Shown: piece by piece, positions 22,234-30,173 of the stretch
How positions within the stretch are numbered: the stretch's first letter is position 1
How the letters are laid out: every line of letters begins with the position of its first letter
Source: Acidobacteriota bacterium
Lineage (GTDB): Bacteria > Acidobacteriota > Vicinamibacteria > Vicinamibacterales > SCN-69-37
Reading direction: 5' to 3'
DNA: 33,031 nt
Assembly: GCA_024653875.1 (NCBI GenBank)
Contig: JANLHE010000484.1
Location: 1-33,031, forward strand
Position numbers and translations under genes: made by a program
The notes under the pieces: model-generated
What the model was told of the DNA's origin: nothing
The model's input: the letters and a program-made list of their open reading frames with translations, nothing else
The model's database searches: none

Positions 22234-22916
22234 TACGTCGAGCACGCGCTGGTCACGAACACGCGGCCGTTCAGGCCCGTCTGCGGGGCCTCGTCCGGAT
22301 GGCCGAAGATCAGCACCGCGCCGCCCGTCATGTTGGAGCCACCGCAGCCGGTCGCCTCGAGGTGCGGCGCCACGACCACGCGGACGAACCGCTTGGCCGC
22401 CGTCAGCGGGATCGCCTTGATCCCGTAGGTCGCGAGCACCGCGTAGGCCGTGCTCGAGCTGGTCCGTGCGGCTGTGGTCATCAGCGCCGCGATCTGGTCG
22501 CTCACGGCGGCCCCGGCCACGGAGTAGAACTGATCCGCCGTGCTGGTCGAGGTGGTCATGGCCTGCAGGGCCTGCTCGCCCGGCCAGTCGCCCGTGGAGT
22601 AGTCCCCGAAGTCCTCCGAGCACGTGGTGGCCGAGTGCTGCAGGCCGACCGACACGCCGAGATAGGCCGTGTAGCTCGTGAAGGCCGCCGAAGTCTGCAC
22701 GACGCCCTTGAAGGTCGGCACGATCTTGACGGACTGGAAGTTCCGCTGCAGCCCCAGCCGGTCGATCATGTAGCCGGAGTAGCCGAACGGGATCGCGCCG
22801 CTCGTGCTGAGCGCCCCGCCGCAGGAGCACGAAAAGCCGGCCACGTTGCAGGAGTGATACGAGACGCTATCGAGCGCGGTGACCGCCTCGGCTTCGTCAA
22901 GAAAGCGTGTGATCAT
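22233..22916 (-). CDS. Hypothetical 227-aa protein directly after the capsid gene (virion-associated or decoration candidate)
   Basis: Good coding character. Ser/Thr tracts TSTSTAD and TSSSTAY are present along with several Cys. I recognise no family. Confidence 0.55.
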   Translation of the reverse strand: MITRFLDEAEAVTALDSVSYHSCNVAGFSCSCGGALSTSGAIPFGYSGYMIDRLGLQRNFQSVKIVPTFKGVVQTSAAFTSYTAYLGVSVGLQHSATTCSEDFGDYSTGDWPGEQALQAMTTSTSTADQFYSVAGAAVSDQIAALMTTAARTSSSTAYAVLATYGIKAIPLTAAKRFVRVVVAPHLEATGCGGSNMTGGAVLIFGHPDEAPQTGLNGRVFVTSACST

Positions 22917-22944
22917 GTCAGTGACTCCCCTAAATCGTCAGGAC

Positions 22945-24186
22945 TTAGACGCCCCAGCGGACGCCCGTGATGACCGAGATCGCCTCGGCGTAGCGCGCGG
23001 CGAAATCGTGCTCCGCGATGGCGCGAATGACCGTCTGGTCCTGCGAGAAGGCCGCCACGACCGATGACCCGTCGTGATACGCCGCGTCCATCGACACGTC
23101 GATCGACAGCGACAGGTTGTCGCCGATGACCATGTCGTTCGGGCTGAACAAATAGACTTCCGAGCAGTCCGCGTTCGCGCCGACCGTCAGCGTGATCGGC
23201 ACGCTCGTGGTCACCTTGAACGGGAAGCCCCACAGCTTGCCCGTGCTCAGTTCGTCGCGGAACGCGTAGAACCCGTTCGTGTTCTGGACGGTGTAGAGGT
23301 ACTTCCAAATGCGCGGCGCGAAGATCCAGGTCCAGTTCCCCGGCGCCACATTGTTGTTCATCAGGTTGACCATCGCCGACCCCAGATCGGTGGCGACGTT
23401 GGCCAGCGAGACGGACGCCGCCGCGATCAGGTTGCCGGCGGGCGCCCAATAGCGGAGTCCCTTCGGCGTGCCGTTCGTGCCGTCGCCGCGGAGGAAGTTG
23501 GCATCCTCAGTGACCGCCAACGAGCGGACAATGTCGTCCCGCACGACCGCGTCGGCCTGCGGCGAACTCTGCCGGATCAGGTCGTTCGAGATCGGCGTCA
23601 GGACCGCCAGCTTCTTCGCCGTCAACGAGACGTTGCCGAACGCCTGCTGCGACTTCGTGATGTTGGTGTTCTCGCCGATATAGGCGCCGGTCGCGCCGGA
23701 CGTGATCTTCGGCACCTGTAGCGTCCCGGACGGCAGCGGCACTTCCCGCGGGCCCGACGCGCGAATGACCGTCTGCGCCCGGCGCAGCTCGATCACTTCG
23801 GCGGACTGTTCCACCGGCACGAGATAACCGCCCGCGGTCGCCGAACTGGCCGCCAGCGCCTTTTCCTGCGCATTGGCAAACCCGTCGGCGATGTCCTTGT
23901 AGCCCCAGCTCGACAGGTGCTTCATCGCCCCCGTCAGGCCGGACCCTTCGCGCTTCGACATCGCGATGGCGCGGACCAGACCGCCGAACCCGAGCCCTTT
24001 GGCGCGAGATTCGGTCGTGGACTGGCCGCGGCCGAACAACTGCGCGGCCCACGAGGGCGGGGCCGCCGCCTTCTCCACGTGCTGCCGCACCAGGTCGGCC
24101 ACGTCGGCCGCCTGCGCCGTGCCCGACTCTTTGATGAGCGGGACCGTGATGGTCTTGACGAGGTCGATCAATTCCTGTCTGGTCAT
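22945..24186 (-). CDS. Major capsid protein, HK97 family
   Basis: ...GGYLVPVEQSAEVIELRRAQTVIR...LQVPKITSGATGAYIGENTNITKSQQAFGNVSLTAKKLAVLTPISNDLIRQSSP..D..VRDDIVRSLAVTEDANFLRGDGT is the classic HK97-fold capsid pattern. It follows the protease gene. Confidence 0.9.
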   Translation of the reverse strand: MTRQELIDLVKTITVPLIKESGTAQAADVADLVRQHVEKAAAPPSWAAQLFGRGQSTTESRAKGLGFGGLVRAIAMSKREGSGLTGAMKHLSSWGYKDIADGFANAQEKALAASSATAGGYLVPVEQSAEVIELRRAQTVIRASGPREVPLPSGTLQVPKITSGATGAYIGENTNITKSQQAFGNVSLTAKKLAVLTPISNDLIRQSSPQADAVVRDDIVRSLAVTEDANFLRGDGTNGTPKGLRYWAPAGNLIAAASVSLANVATDLGSAMVNLMNNNVAPGNWTWIFAPRIWKYLYTVQNTNGFYAFRDELSTGKLWGFPFKVTTSVPITLTVGANADCSEVYLFSPNDMVIGDNLSLSIDVSMDAAYHDGSSVVAAFSQDQTVIRAIAEHDFAARYAEAISVITGVRWGV

Positions 24187-24195
24187 GGCTGTCCT

Positions 24196-25080
24196 TCAGT
24201 CAATGCGACCCGAGGCCGCGAGAATGGCCGCGCGGGCCATGCCCGCCGCCTGCTGTGAGAGTTCCGCGGCCAGCACATCGGCAATCGCCGTGCGCAGCTC
24301 GTCGGCGTTAATGGCAATGTCGTCTGGGGCGTCCGCGTCGAGCGTCAACACGTCCGCGTCGGCGTCCTCTTCGAGCGTGATGGCTAGGCCTTCGCTGGCC
24401 TGCTTGGCCATCGCGCACGGGCAATCCGAGGCGCAGCCCGCGCATTCGTGCGCGCACGCCTCTTTGTCGCAGTCACAGGATTTGCCGCAGGCGTCACAGC
24501 GGTTGGATTCAGCTTTCTGGGCCGTCGCTGCGTCAAGCCGGGCAATCAGCGCGCGAATGTCCGCCTGGAGGTCCGCCGTGTCGACCTTCACGGTCACGGC
24601 TGCCGGCTCGTTCACCGGCAGGCCGGCAGCCCGGACGGCTTCCGCGTTCGCGGGCACCGGCACGATCGAAAACTCCAGGAGATCCCACTCGAGGAAGTCG
24701 TACCCACGACGCTCTTCGTCGTAGGCCCACTTCATCGGGTTGAACCCAATGGACGCCGCCCGCAAAATCCCCTGGTCCCAGGCGTTTTTCACGCGCTCGG
24801 CAAACGGATCGCCCGTCAGCCACTTCCAGGTCGCCTTGAGGCCGTTCGCGGTCGCTTCAATCGCCGTGCAGGTACCGACGGGAATCGAGGAGTAGTCGTG
24901 GCCAAAAAGGACGACGGGATTCTTCAGGTACCCGCCAAGCTGGCAGCCCTGCGGCATGACGCGATCGCGGGAGCGATCGATCCCGTCGGTAGTAATCGTG
25001 ACGGCGGCTTCGCCGACGCCGGCCGCTCCGGCCGTGACGGTGAACGCCATTGAGGATTTCGCAAACGGAGGCATGCGCAT
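24196..25080 (-). CDS. Prohead protease (HK97 / S78 family) with a C-terminal scaffold-like extension carrying a 9-Cys cluster
   Basis: The protease core is TDGIDRSRDRVMPQG...NPVVLFGHD...ASIGF...LLEFSIVPVPANAEA. The C-terminal 140 aa or so are acidic and helical, with CDACGKSCDCDKEACAHECAGCASDCPC. Confidence 0.85.
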   Translation of the reverse strand: MRMPPFAKSSMAFTVTAGAAGVGEAAVTITTDGIDRSRDRVMPQGCQLGGYLKNPVVLFGHDYSSIPVGTCTAIEATANGLKATWKWLTGDPFAERVKNAWDQGILRAASIGFNPMKWAYDEERRGYDFLEWDLLEFSIVPVPANAEAVRAAGLPVNEPAAVTVKVDTADLQADIRALIARLDAATAQKAESNRCDACGKSCDCDKEACAHECAGCASDCPCAMAKQASEGLAITLEEDADADVLTLDADAPDDIAINADELRTAIADVLAAELSQQAAGMARAAILAASGRID

Positions 25081-25112
25081 CTTCAGGATGCGCTCCGGGG
25101 ACGAATAGCGTT

Positions 25113-25349
25113 TTACAGGCGGGTGCGCGTGCGGTAGGCGTACAGCCGCAAGGCTTCGCGTAGGATGTCGCTCGCCGTGGTCTCTTCCGCTGACGCCAGG
25201 GCGATCAGTTGCTCGTGTTCGATCGGGTTAATCCGTACCCCAATAAATCGGCTGGCGACCACGCGCGGGTCTTGCGGCTTCGGACCAGGACGCCCCGGCC
25301 CGTCTGAGGTCACGATCGTATCGCTCGCGAGAGACACGAGGTTAGACAA
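25113..25349 (-). CDS. Ribbon-helix-helix (CopG/Arc-like) protein
   Basis: RFIGVRINPIEHEQLIALASAEETTASDILREALRLYAY is a strand-helix-helix core. The start is TTG, with an 8-nt overlap on the upstream gene. Confidence 0.55.
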   Translation of the reverse strand: MSNLVSLASDTIVTSDGPGRPGPKPQDPRVVASRFIGVRINPIEHEQLIALASAEETTASDILREALRLYAYRTRTRL

Positions 25350-26226
25350 ACTCCAAATTCACCACGCATTGACAGCGCGGATGGCGGGGCGGCATGTCGA
25401 AGGTTTCACCGTCGGACAGGAACGGCTCATCAAACCCTACGGTCTGCCCGTCCATCGCCTCGCAGATCGGACATGCTCCCGGGTCAATGACCCATACCCG
25501 GCGCGTCTGGTCCCGGCGGAGATAGCCCTGATCGGCCGCTTGCTGCCAGGCTTGCCGCTGGCCCTGCTGGACGGACGTTTGCGTTTCTGTAATTGCGATC
25601 GTGTTCGCCCGGTAATTAATAAGCTGCCGCGCGTAGCGTGCGGTGAGTCGCGCGATGTCGTCCACGGTGCGGCCGGCGTCAATCAGGTCGTAGCGATAGT
25701 TGATGACCGCGATCGCTTGGTTATCGGTCAACCCAATCGAGGCCCGAAGCAGACGCGCCGTCTCGGCGGCCGTGACGCCTTGCTGCAGCCCCTCGGCGAT
25801 CAGGGACCGGATCGTCCCGCGGGTGGCCTCTTGGAGTCCGGCAATCAACCCCGCGCTCGCTTGCTGGGCCCACGCGACCGAGAGCGGGTTCGTGAGGTTG
25901 AACGCGATCGATTCGCCAATGGCATCCCCGAGTTGCGTCATCGTGAGATAGCCGGCCTGCTGGAACGCCGACAAGACGATCGCGGCGCTCTCTTGAAAGT
26001 CGCGCGCCGCCGAGGGCACACGAAGAATCTGTTCAATCTGCCCCACGTCGCGGGCCCGCACCGCGTTTGTGAGCGCCTCGAGGCTGGCGGCGTCTTGGAT
26101 TCCCGAGATCGCCGCTAAGAATCGGCGCCGCATCGCCGGCGCCAGCCGATCGGCAATCCGCTGGATGTCGTTCGGCCATGGCGCCCCTTTGCGTATCGGA
26201 CGCCACGCCGCGGCCGTCCAGGCCAT
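25342..26226 (-). CDS. Head morphogenesis protein (SPP1 gp7 / Mu F family)
   Basis: RANTIAITETQTS...ACPICEAMDGQTV...MPPRHPRCQC are the family hallmarks. It lies downstream of the portal gene. Confidence 0.85.
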   Translation of the reverse strand: MAWTAAAWRPIRKGAPWPNDIQRIADRLAPAMRRRFLAAISGIQDAASLEALTNAVRARDVGQIEQILRVPSAARDFQESAAIVLSAFQQAGYLTMTQLGDAIGESIAFNLTNPLSVAWAQQASAGLIAGLQEATRGTIRSLIAEGLQQGVTAAETARLLRASIGLTDNQAIAVINYRYDLIDAGRTVDDIARLTARYARQLINYRANTIAITETQTSVQQGQRQAWQQAADQGYLRRDQTRRVWVIDPGACPICEAMDGQTVGFDEPFLSDGETFDMPPRHPRCQCVVNLEFV

Positions 26227-26856
26227 TTACGCCGCCTCCCATGCGGTCACCATCGCGGCGCACGCCCGCGCGTCCATGTCGATCCCGATCGCGGGCAGCC
26301 CCGCCCTTTTGGCCGCCACCAGCGTCCCCCCATGGCCGGCAAACGGATCAAGCACCGCGCCGTCGCCAGAGGCTCGCACAATCGCGTCGAGTACGGCCGC
26401 CTCTTTCCGCGATGGATGCCGGGATGCCGCCACGGCCTGGCCGACCGCCGCCGCGAGCGCCTCGGGGACTGGGCGCCCAAACTGCACGAGCGCCTCTGAT
26501 TCCGGCGCGAACCAGCATTGCCGCATCGGCCACTGGATCAGGTGCGCCGTCCGCGCCAGCGCCGGCAAATGGACCGGACTTGCAAAGATCCACGCGCGCC
26601 CCGTGGCCATCTCGATCATCTCCCGACAGAGCGGCAGCCATTCCCGATACCACGCGCACAGATGGCCCAGCCATTGCGCGTCCTGCGCCTCGTCGTACGG
26701 CACGCGCCCCGTTAAGACAGACAGCGCGTACTCCATGCCAAAGTACGGCGGGTCCGTGATGAGTGTCTGGACGACTGGTGCATCGCCGCACGCGAACACG
26801 TCCTGGCAGCGGGCGTGATAAATCGCCACATCGTCGCGGTGGTAATACGGGGTCAT
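26227..26856 (-). CDS. DNA methyltransferase, beta-class amino-MTase (N6-A or N4-C), 209 aa
   Basis: Motif IV (LITDPPYFG) precedes HPSRKE and motif I (VLDPFAGHGGT). The ATG at 26856 forms an ATGA overlap with the portal stop. The longer track form overlaps the portal gene. Confidence 0.8.
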   Translation of the reverse strand: MTPYYHRDDVAIYHARCQDVFACGDAPVVQTLITDPPYFGMEYALSVLTGRVPYDEAQDAQWLGHLCAWYREWLPLCREMIEMATGRAWIFASPVHLPALARTAHLIQWPMRQCWFAPESEALVQFGRPVPEALAAAVGQAVAASRHPSRKEAAVLDAIVRASGDGAVLDPFAGHGGTLVAAKRAGLPAIGIDMDARACAAMVTAWEAA

Positions 26857-28235
26857 GCGGCCGGTGGCGGCACCCTGTCGTCCGGGCCCGGATCGGTCGA
26901 GCCGAGCGTTGGTGCGAAACTCTCCATCGGCGTCATCAGTGTCGGCACCATATGGACTTGACCTGCGCCCGCCTCGAGCGGCGGCAAGCCCTGAATCTTG
27001 CGCCATTCGTCAATCATGGGCGCGAACGGCGCCGCCTTCATGGCCTCCAACTGCTGCGCGGCGTCTTCGTCGACGGGCGAAATGTAGTCCACGATCAGCC
27101 GGTCGTCGTATTCGGGGATGAGCTTTTCCTGGTAGTACGCCCGCTGAAACTCCAGCCGCGGGATCAGCACTTGCGTGTCCATCAGGTACTTGGCTGCGCT
27201 GATGGTGGCCCGATTGCTGGACTCCAAGATGCCCAGCATTTCCGGGGGAATCCCGCCGGTCACTTGCATGATCGTGTCGCGCTCGAACTTGCGCAGATCC
27301 ACGAACTGCAGGGCTTGCAGGTCTTGAGAGAGTTCCTTGATCTCGACGGGCCGTGACGCGAAAAACGGCTTAAACCAGCGCCAGAATCCCTGCGATTCGT
27401 TTAACCACTGCTGCTCAAGCCGCACGCGATCGGGGGCGCTGATCGTGTCGTGCTCGGACTTCGGCATGATGACCAGATCGGGCCGGGCCCGGTTATAGAA
27501 CTTCTGTTTGACCGTCTTCGCCATCGCCTCGTCGGTGTCGATTTCGTCGCCGGCCGCTTGCGCCGGGCCCGTGCCGTGTCCGTAGGGCTGCACGGGGTCC
27601 GGGTCGGCCATCCACAAGACTTCCGTGGCGGGGATGTCGGCCTGCCAGCCGCGGGCGCTCACGCGGAAAAACGGGTGCGTCACGGTGGGCAGGTTCACGA
27701 TCCACTGCGGGGCCAGCGGCCAGAAGGCCATCGGCTTCCCCATGCCGTTGCGCTCTTTCAGCCAGTAACAGTTGCCGGTCAAGTCCAGATAGAGCTGCGT
27801 CAGTTTCCGCAACGCCAAGCCGGTCAAGTACGGATTCCCGCGGTCCATGGCGGTGAGAAACAAATGTTCCTTGAGTGCCACGAGGTCGCCGGCCGCCTCA
27901 CGCTCGAGGAGTAACGACTTGCGGACCTTGTGCGGCGCCCGCTGAATCTCCGACGCCCGGATCGCTTTCGCCGCCCCGGGCCGCTTTACCGCGTATAGCT
28001 CCCACTGGACCGCGGCCGTGCCGCTGGCAATCCGCCCCTCGACCGCGCGGAGCCAGGGGCTCGTGCTGTACGCCTCGAGCATCTGCAGGGTGCCACGGCG
28101 CGGCGCGTCCCCAACGGCCCCAGGCCACATGCGGTTGAGGAGATCCCATCCGACCGACCCGGGCGCGACGTTCATGCCGCCTGCCAGCGCCTGCCGCGCG
28201 AGATACCAGCGTTCTTTCAGGGTGAGTTTGGCCAT
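26853..28235 (-). CDS. Portal protein (HK97 family)
   Basis: 460 aa, downstream of the large terminase. The sequence shows typical portal patterns (...AYSTSPWLRAVEGRIA..., ...NCYWLKERN..., ...RFEFQRAY-like regions). Confidence 0.85.
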   Translation of the reverse strand: MAKLTLKERWYLARQALAGGMNVAPGSVGWDLLNRMWPGAVGDAPRRGTLQMLEAYSTSPWLRAVEGRIASGTAAVQWELYAVKRPGAAKAIRASEIQRAPHKVRKSLLLEREAAGDLVALKEHLFLTAMDRGNPYLTGLALRKLTQLYLDLTGNCYWLKERNGMGKPMAFWPLAPQWIVNLPTVTHPFFRVSARGWQADIPATEVLWMADPDPVQPYGHGTGPAQAAGDEIDTDEAMAKTVKQKFYNRARPDLVIMPKSEHDTISAPDRVRLEQQWLNESQGFWRWFKPFFASRPVEIKELSQDLQALQFVDLRKFERDTIMQVTGGIPPEMLGILESSNRATISAAKYLMDTQVLIPRLEFQRAYYQEKLIPEYDDRLIVDYISPVDEDAAQQLEAMKAAPFAPMIDEWRKIQGLPPLEAGAGQVHMVPTLMTPMESFAPTLGSTDPGPDDRVPPPAA

Positions 28236-28430
28236 CTACTGTACCTTTGTGCCAGGGGGCACGTGAATCTCGGGGGGGGCAGGTGCCGCTGCGTGGCCGT
28301 CGATGGCCTCGAGCGCCGCCTTGACATGCGTGAACCGATCCATGAGGTCGGCGGTTTCTTCCAGCGACCGGGCGTCCACGATCCGCTGGATCGCTTTCAG
28401 CTTTTCGAGCCACACGCGAATCGGTCCCAT
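28236..28430 (-). CDS. Hypothetical 64-aa protein between the terminase and portal genes
   Basis: The ATG at 28430 (MGPIRVWLEKLKAIQ...) forms a TGATG overlap with the terminase stop. Confidence 0.5.
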   Translation of the reverse strand: MGPIRVWLEKLKAIQRIVDARSLEETADLMDRFTHVKAALEAIDGHAAAPAPPEIHVPPGTKVQ

Positions 28431-29755
28431 CAGCGGCCTCCCGGCCAAAAGACGCCGTCGGTGTTAATCGTGTCCTTCACGAGTTGGGCGCTCGCCTCAC
28501 GCGCCGCGACAGCCTCAGCATGGCGCTGTTCGTCGGTCAGCGGTTCCACGAGATGCCCTCCCCAGAACTGCAACGCCGGCCGGATCTGCTGGAGCTGCGC
28601 CACCGCCAAGGCCAACGCACAGACACAATCGTCGTGCTGGCCGTCTGGCGCCGAGTAGGAGACGCCCGTCCTGGTGTACTGATACTCAAAGCTGTCCAGT
28701 TCGGCGCGAATCGGCCCGTCTGGAAACCGCACCGCCTGACGCTGAATGGCGACCGCGAGCCCTTCCATGAGCTGTTGTTTGCTCCCGCTCGTGAACTTGA
28801 ACCCCGTCATCTGGCCGCCAGCGTCCCGGCTGCGCTTCTGGAGCGCCTCGAGCACCGGATCGCCGACGCCCGTGGAATCGACCAGCGCCGGCACGGTCCC
28901 GCAGCGCGCGAGAATCGTCGCGATCGTGTCTTCCCACGGCTTCTGGAACCGCTCGAATTGGCAGACCGCGCCGTCCGCGTTCAGCCCGACGAGGACCGTC
29001 CAATCGACCGACTTGGCGAGGTCGATCCCCCACGCAATAGGCGGCAAATCTCCCGGTGCCCCGACACAGGCCGCAATCGCCGCCAGCCCGAACGGGTTCC
29101 CGCCATCGTCGGACGGCTCGGCCAGATACAGCTCGCGGAACACCGCGTCGGGCAGTTGCCGGCGTGCGTCCTCGACTTCCTCTGACTGCAGGATGCCCGC
29201 CTCGACCGCGTCGTAGGCCGTCAACTTCGCGTAGTGCATGCCCGGCTCGCCGCTCTCAGCTTTGCGGGCCAGATGATACGCCCAATTCTTACGCCCCTTC
29301 ACGTTCCCAATGATGCGCACGGGACCGCGCGTGGCGGTCAACGTGGAGCGGATCGCGTGCCATGCGTCTTCCTTGCAGCGCGAGGCTTCATCGACGACCG
29401 CCGCATAGACGTCGTCGCCATAGAGCGAATCGGGGTGATCCGCGCCCTTGTACCAGAGCGTGGCGCCGTTCGCGAGCGTCAGCGTCAGTTCGGTTTCGTT
29501 CGCCTGATAGATTTCACGCGGGAGCGCGCGTTTCATGCGACGGTACACGACCTTCGCCTGGTCTCGGATCGGGCTGGTCCACCAGAAGTTCTGCCCATCC
29601 TTGCCCGCCATCGCCTGCTCGAGCAGCCAGACCATGCAGCCAGCGGTCTTGCCGGCCTTTGTGGTGGCCTCACAGATCCCGTACCGCTCGGCGCAGAAGA
29701 TCGCGTCCCGCTGCTTGTCGTAGAGCCAGGGGCGCTGATAGGTCAGATTAGGCAT
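28430..29755 (-). CDS. Terminase large subunit
   Basis: The Walker A-like ATTKAGKT lies near the N-terminus. Acidic nuclease-domain motifs occur in the C-terminal half. Size and position fit. Confidence 0.85.
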   Translation of the reverse strand: MPNLTYQRPWLYDKQRDAIFCAERYGICEATTKAGKTAGCMVWLLEQAMAGKDGQNFWWTSPIRDQAKVVYRRMKRALPREIYQANETELTLTLANGATLWYKGADHPDSLYGDDVYAAVVDEASRCKEDAWHAIRSTLTATRGPVRIIGNVKGRKNWAYHLARKAESGEPGMHYAKLTAYDAVEAGILQSEEVEDARRQLPDAVFRELYLAEPSDDGGNPFGLAAIAACVGAPGDLPPIAWGIDLAKSVDWTVLVGLNADGAVCQFERFQKPWEDTIATILARCGTVPALVDSTGVGDPVLEALQKRSRDAGGQMTGFKFTSGSKQQLMEGLAVAIQRQAVRFPDGPIRAELDSFEYQYTRTGVSYSAPDGQHDDCVCALALAVAQLQQIRPALQFWGGHLVEPLTDEQRHAEAVAAREASAQLVKDTINTDGVFWPGGR

Positions 29756-30173
29756 CGCTATCGGCTCGGTCGAGTTTCAGCGTGAATGTTAATGGCGCAC
29801 CGCTTGGCCCGCTGTGCTCATAGCGTTCCCGGTATTTCTCCGGATTCGCGCCCTTCAGTAGAAAGATCAGCAGGGTGTCGGAATACTTCCGAATCACGCC
29901 GACTTGCCCCGTGCCCGTGTCTTTGCCAGGGAGCTTGCCAAACACGGGCTCTTCCACGCCCTGCGTCGCACGCCGCCGCGCCTCGGCCTCCAGCCGGTCG
30001 ATGGCCTCTTTCGTCGCGTCGTCAAACGTCCGCGCGTACGCCGGATCTTTGATCCAGCGGTAGTGATCGCGGCGGCTGCACCCTGCGATATTGGCAGCGA
30101 TCGAGATGTTCCCTGTCTTGGCGTACGCGGCCAAGAATGCCGCGCCTTTTACGTGGGACTTTTTGCCTGCCAT
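29748..30173 (-). CDS. Terminase small subunit
   Basis: N-terminal HTH (GNISIAANIAGCSRRDHYRW) plus the SDTLLIFLLKGANPEKYRE motif seen in small terminases. It overlaps the large-subunit gene by 8 nt. Confidence 0.75.
   Translation of the reverse strand: MAGKKSHVKGAAFLAAYAKTGNISIAANIAGCSRRDHYRWIKDPAYARTFDDATKEAIDRLEAEARRRATQGVEEPVFGKLPGKDTGTGQVGVIRKYSDTLLIFLLKGANPEKYRERYEHSGPSGAPLTFTLKLDRADSDA

Noticed and set aside
22234-22830. Long 271-aa form of ORF 22015..22830
   Set aside because: Its first 199 aa are an Arg/Gly/His-rich off-frame shadow of the 22233..22916 gene. Only the last 72 aa, from the ATG at 22233 in a TAATG overlap, look protein-like.
25113-25349. RHH protein as the antitoxin of a toxin-antitoxin pair
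   Set aside because: Both neighbours are identifiable head-assembly genes (Mu-F-like and protease), and there is no room for a toxin partner.
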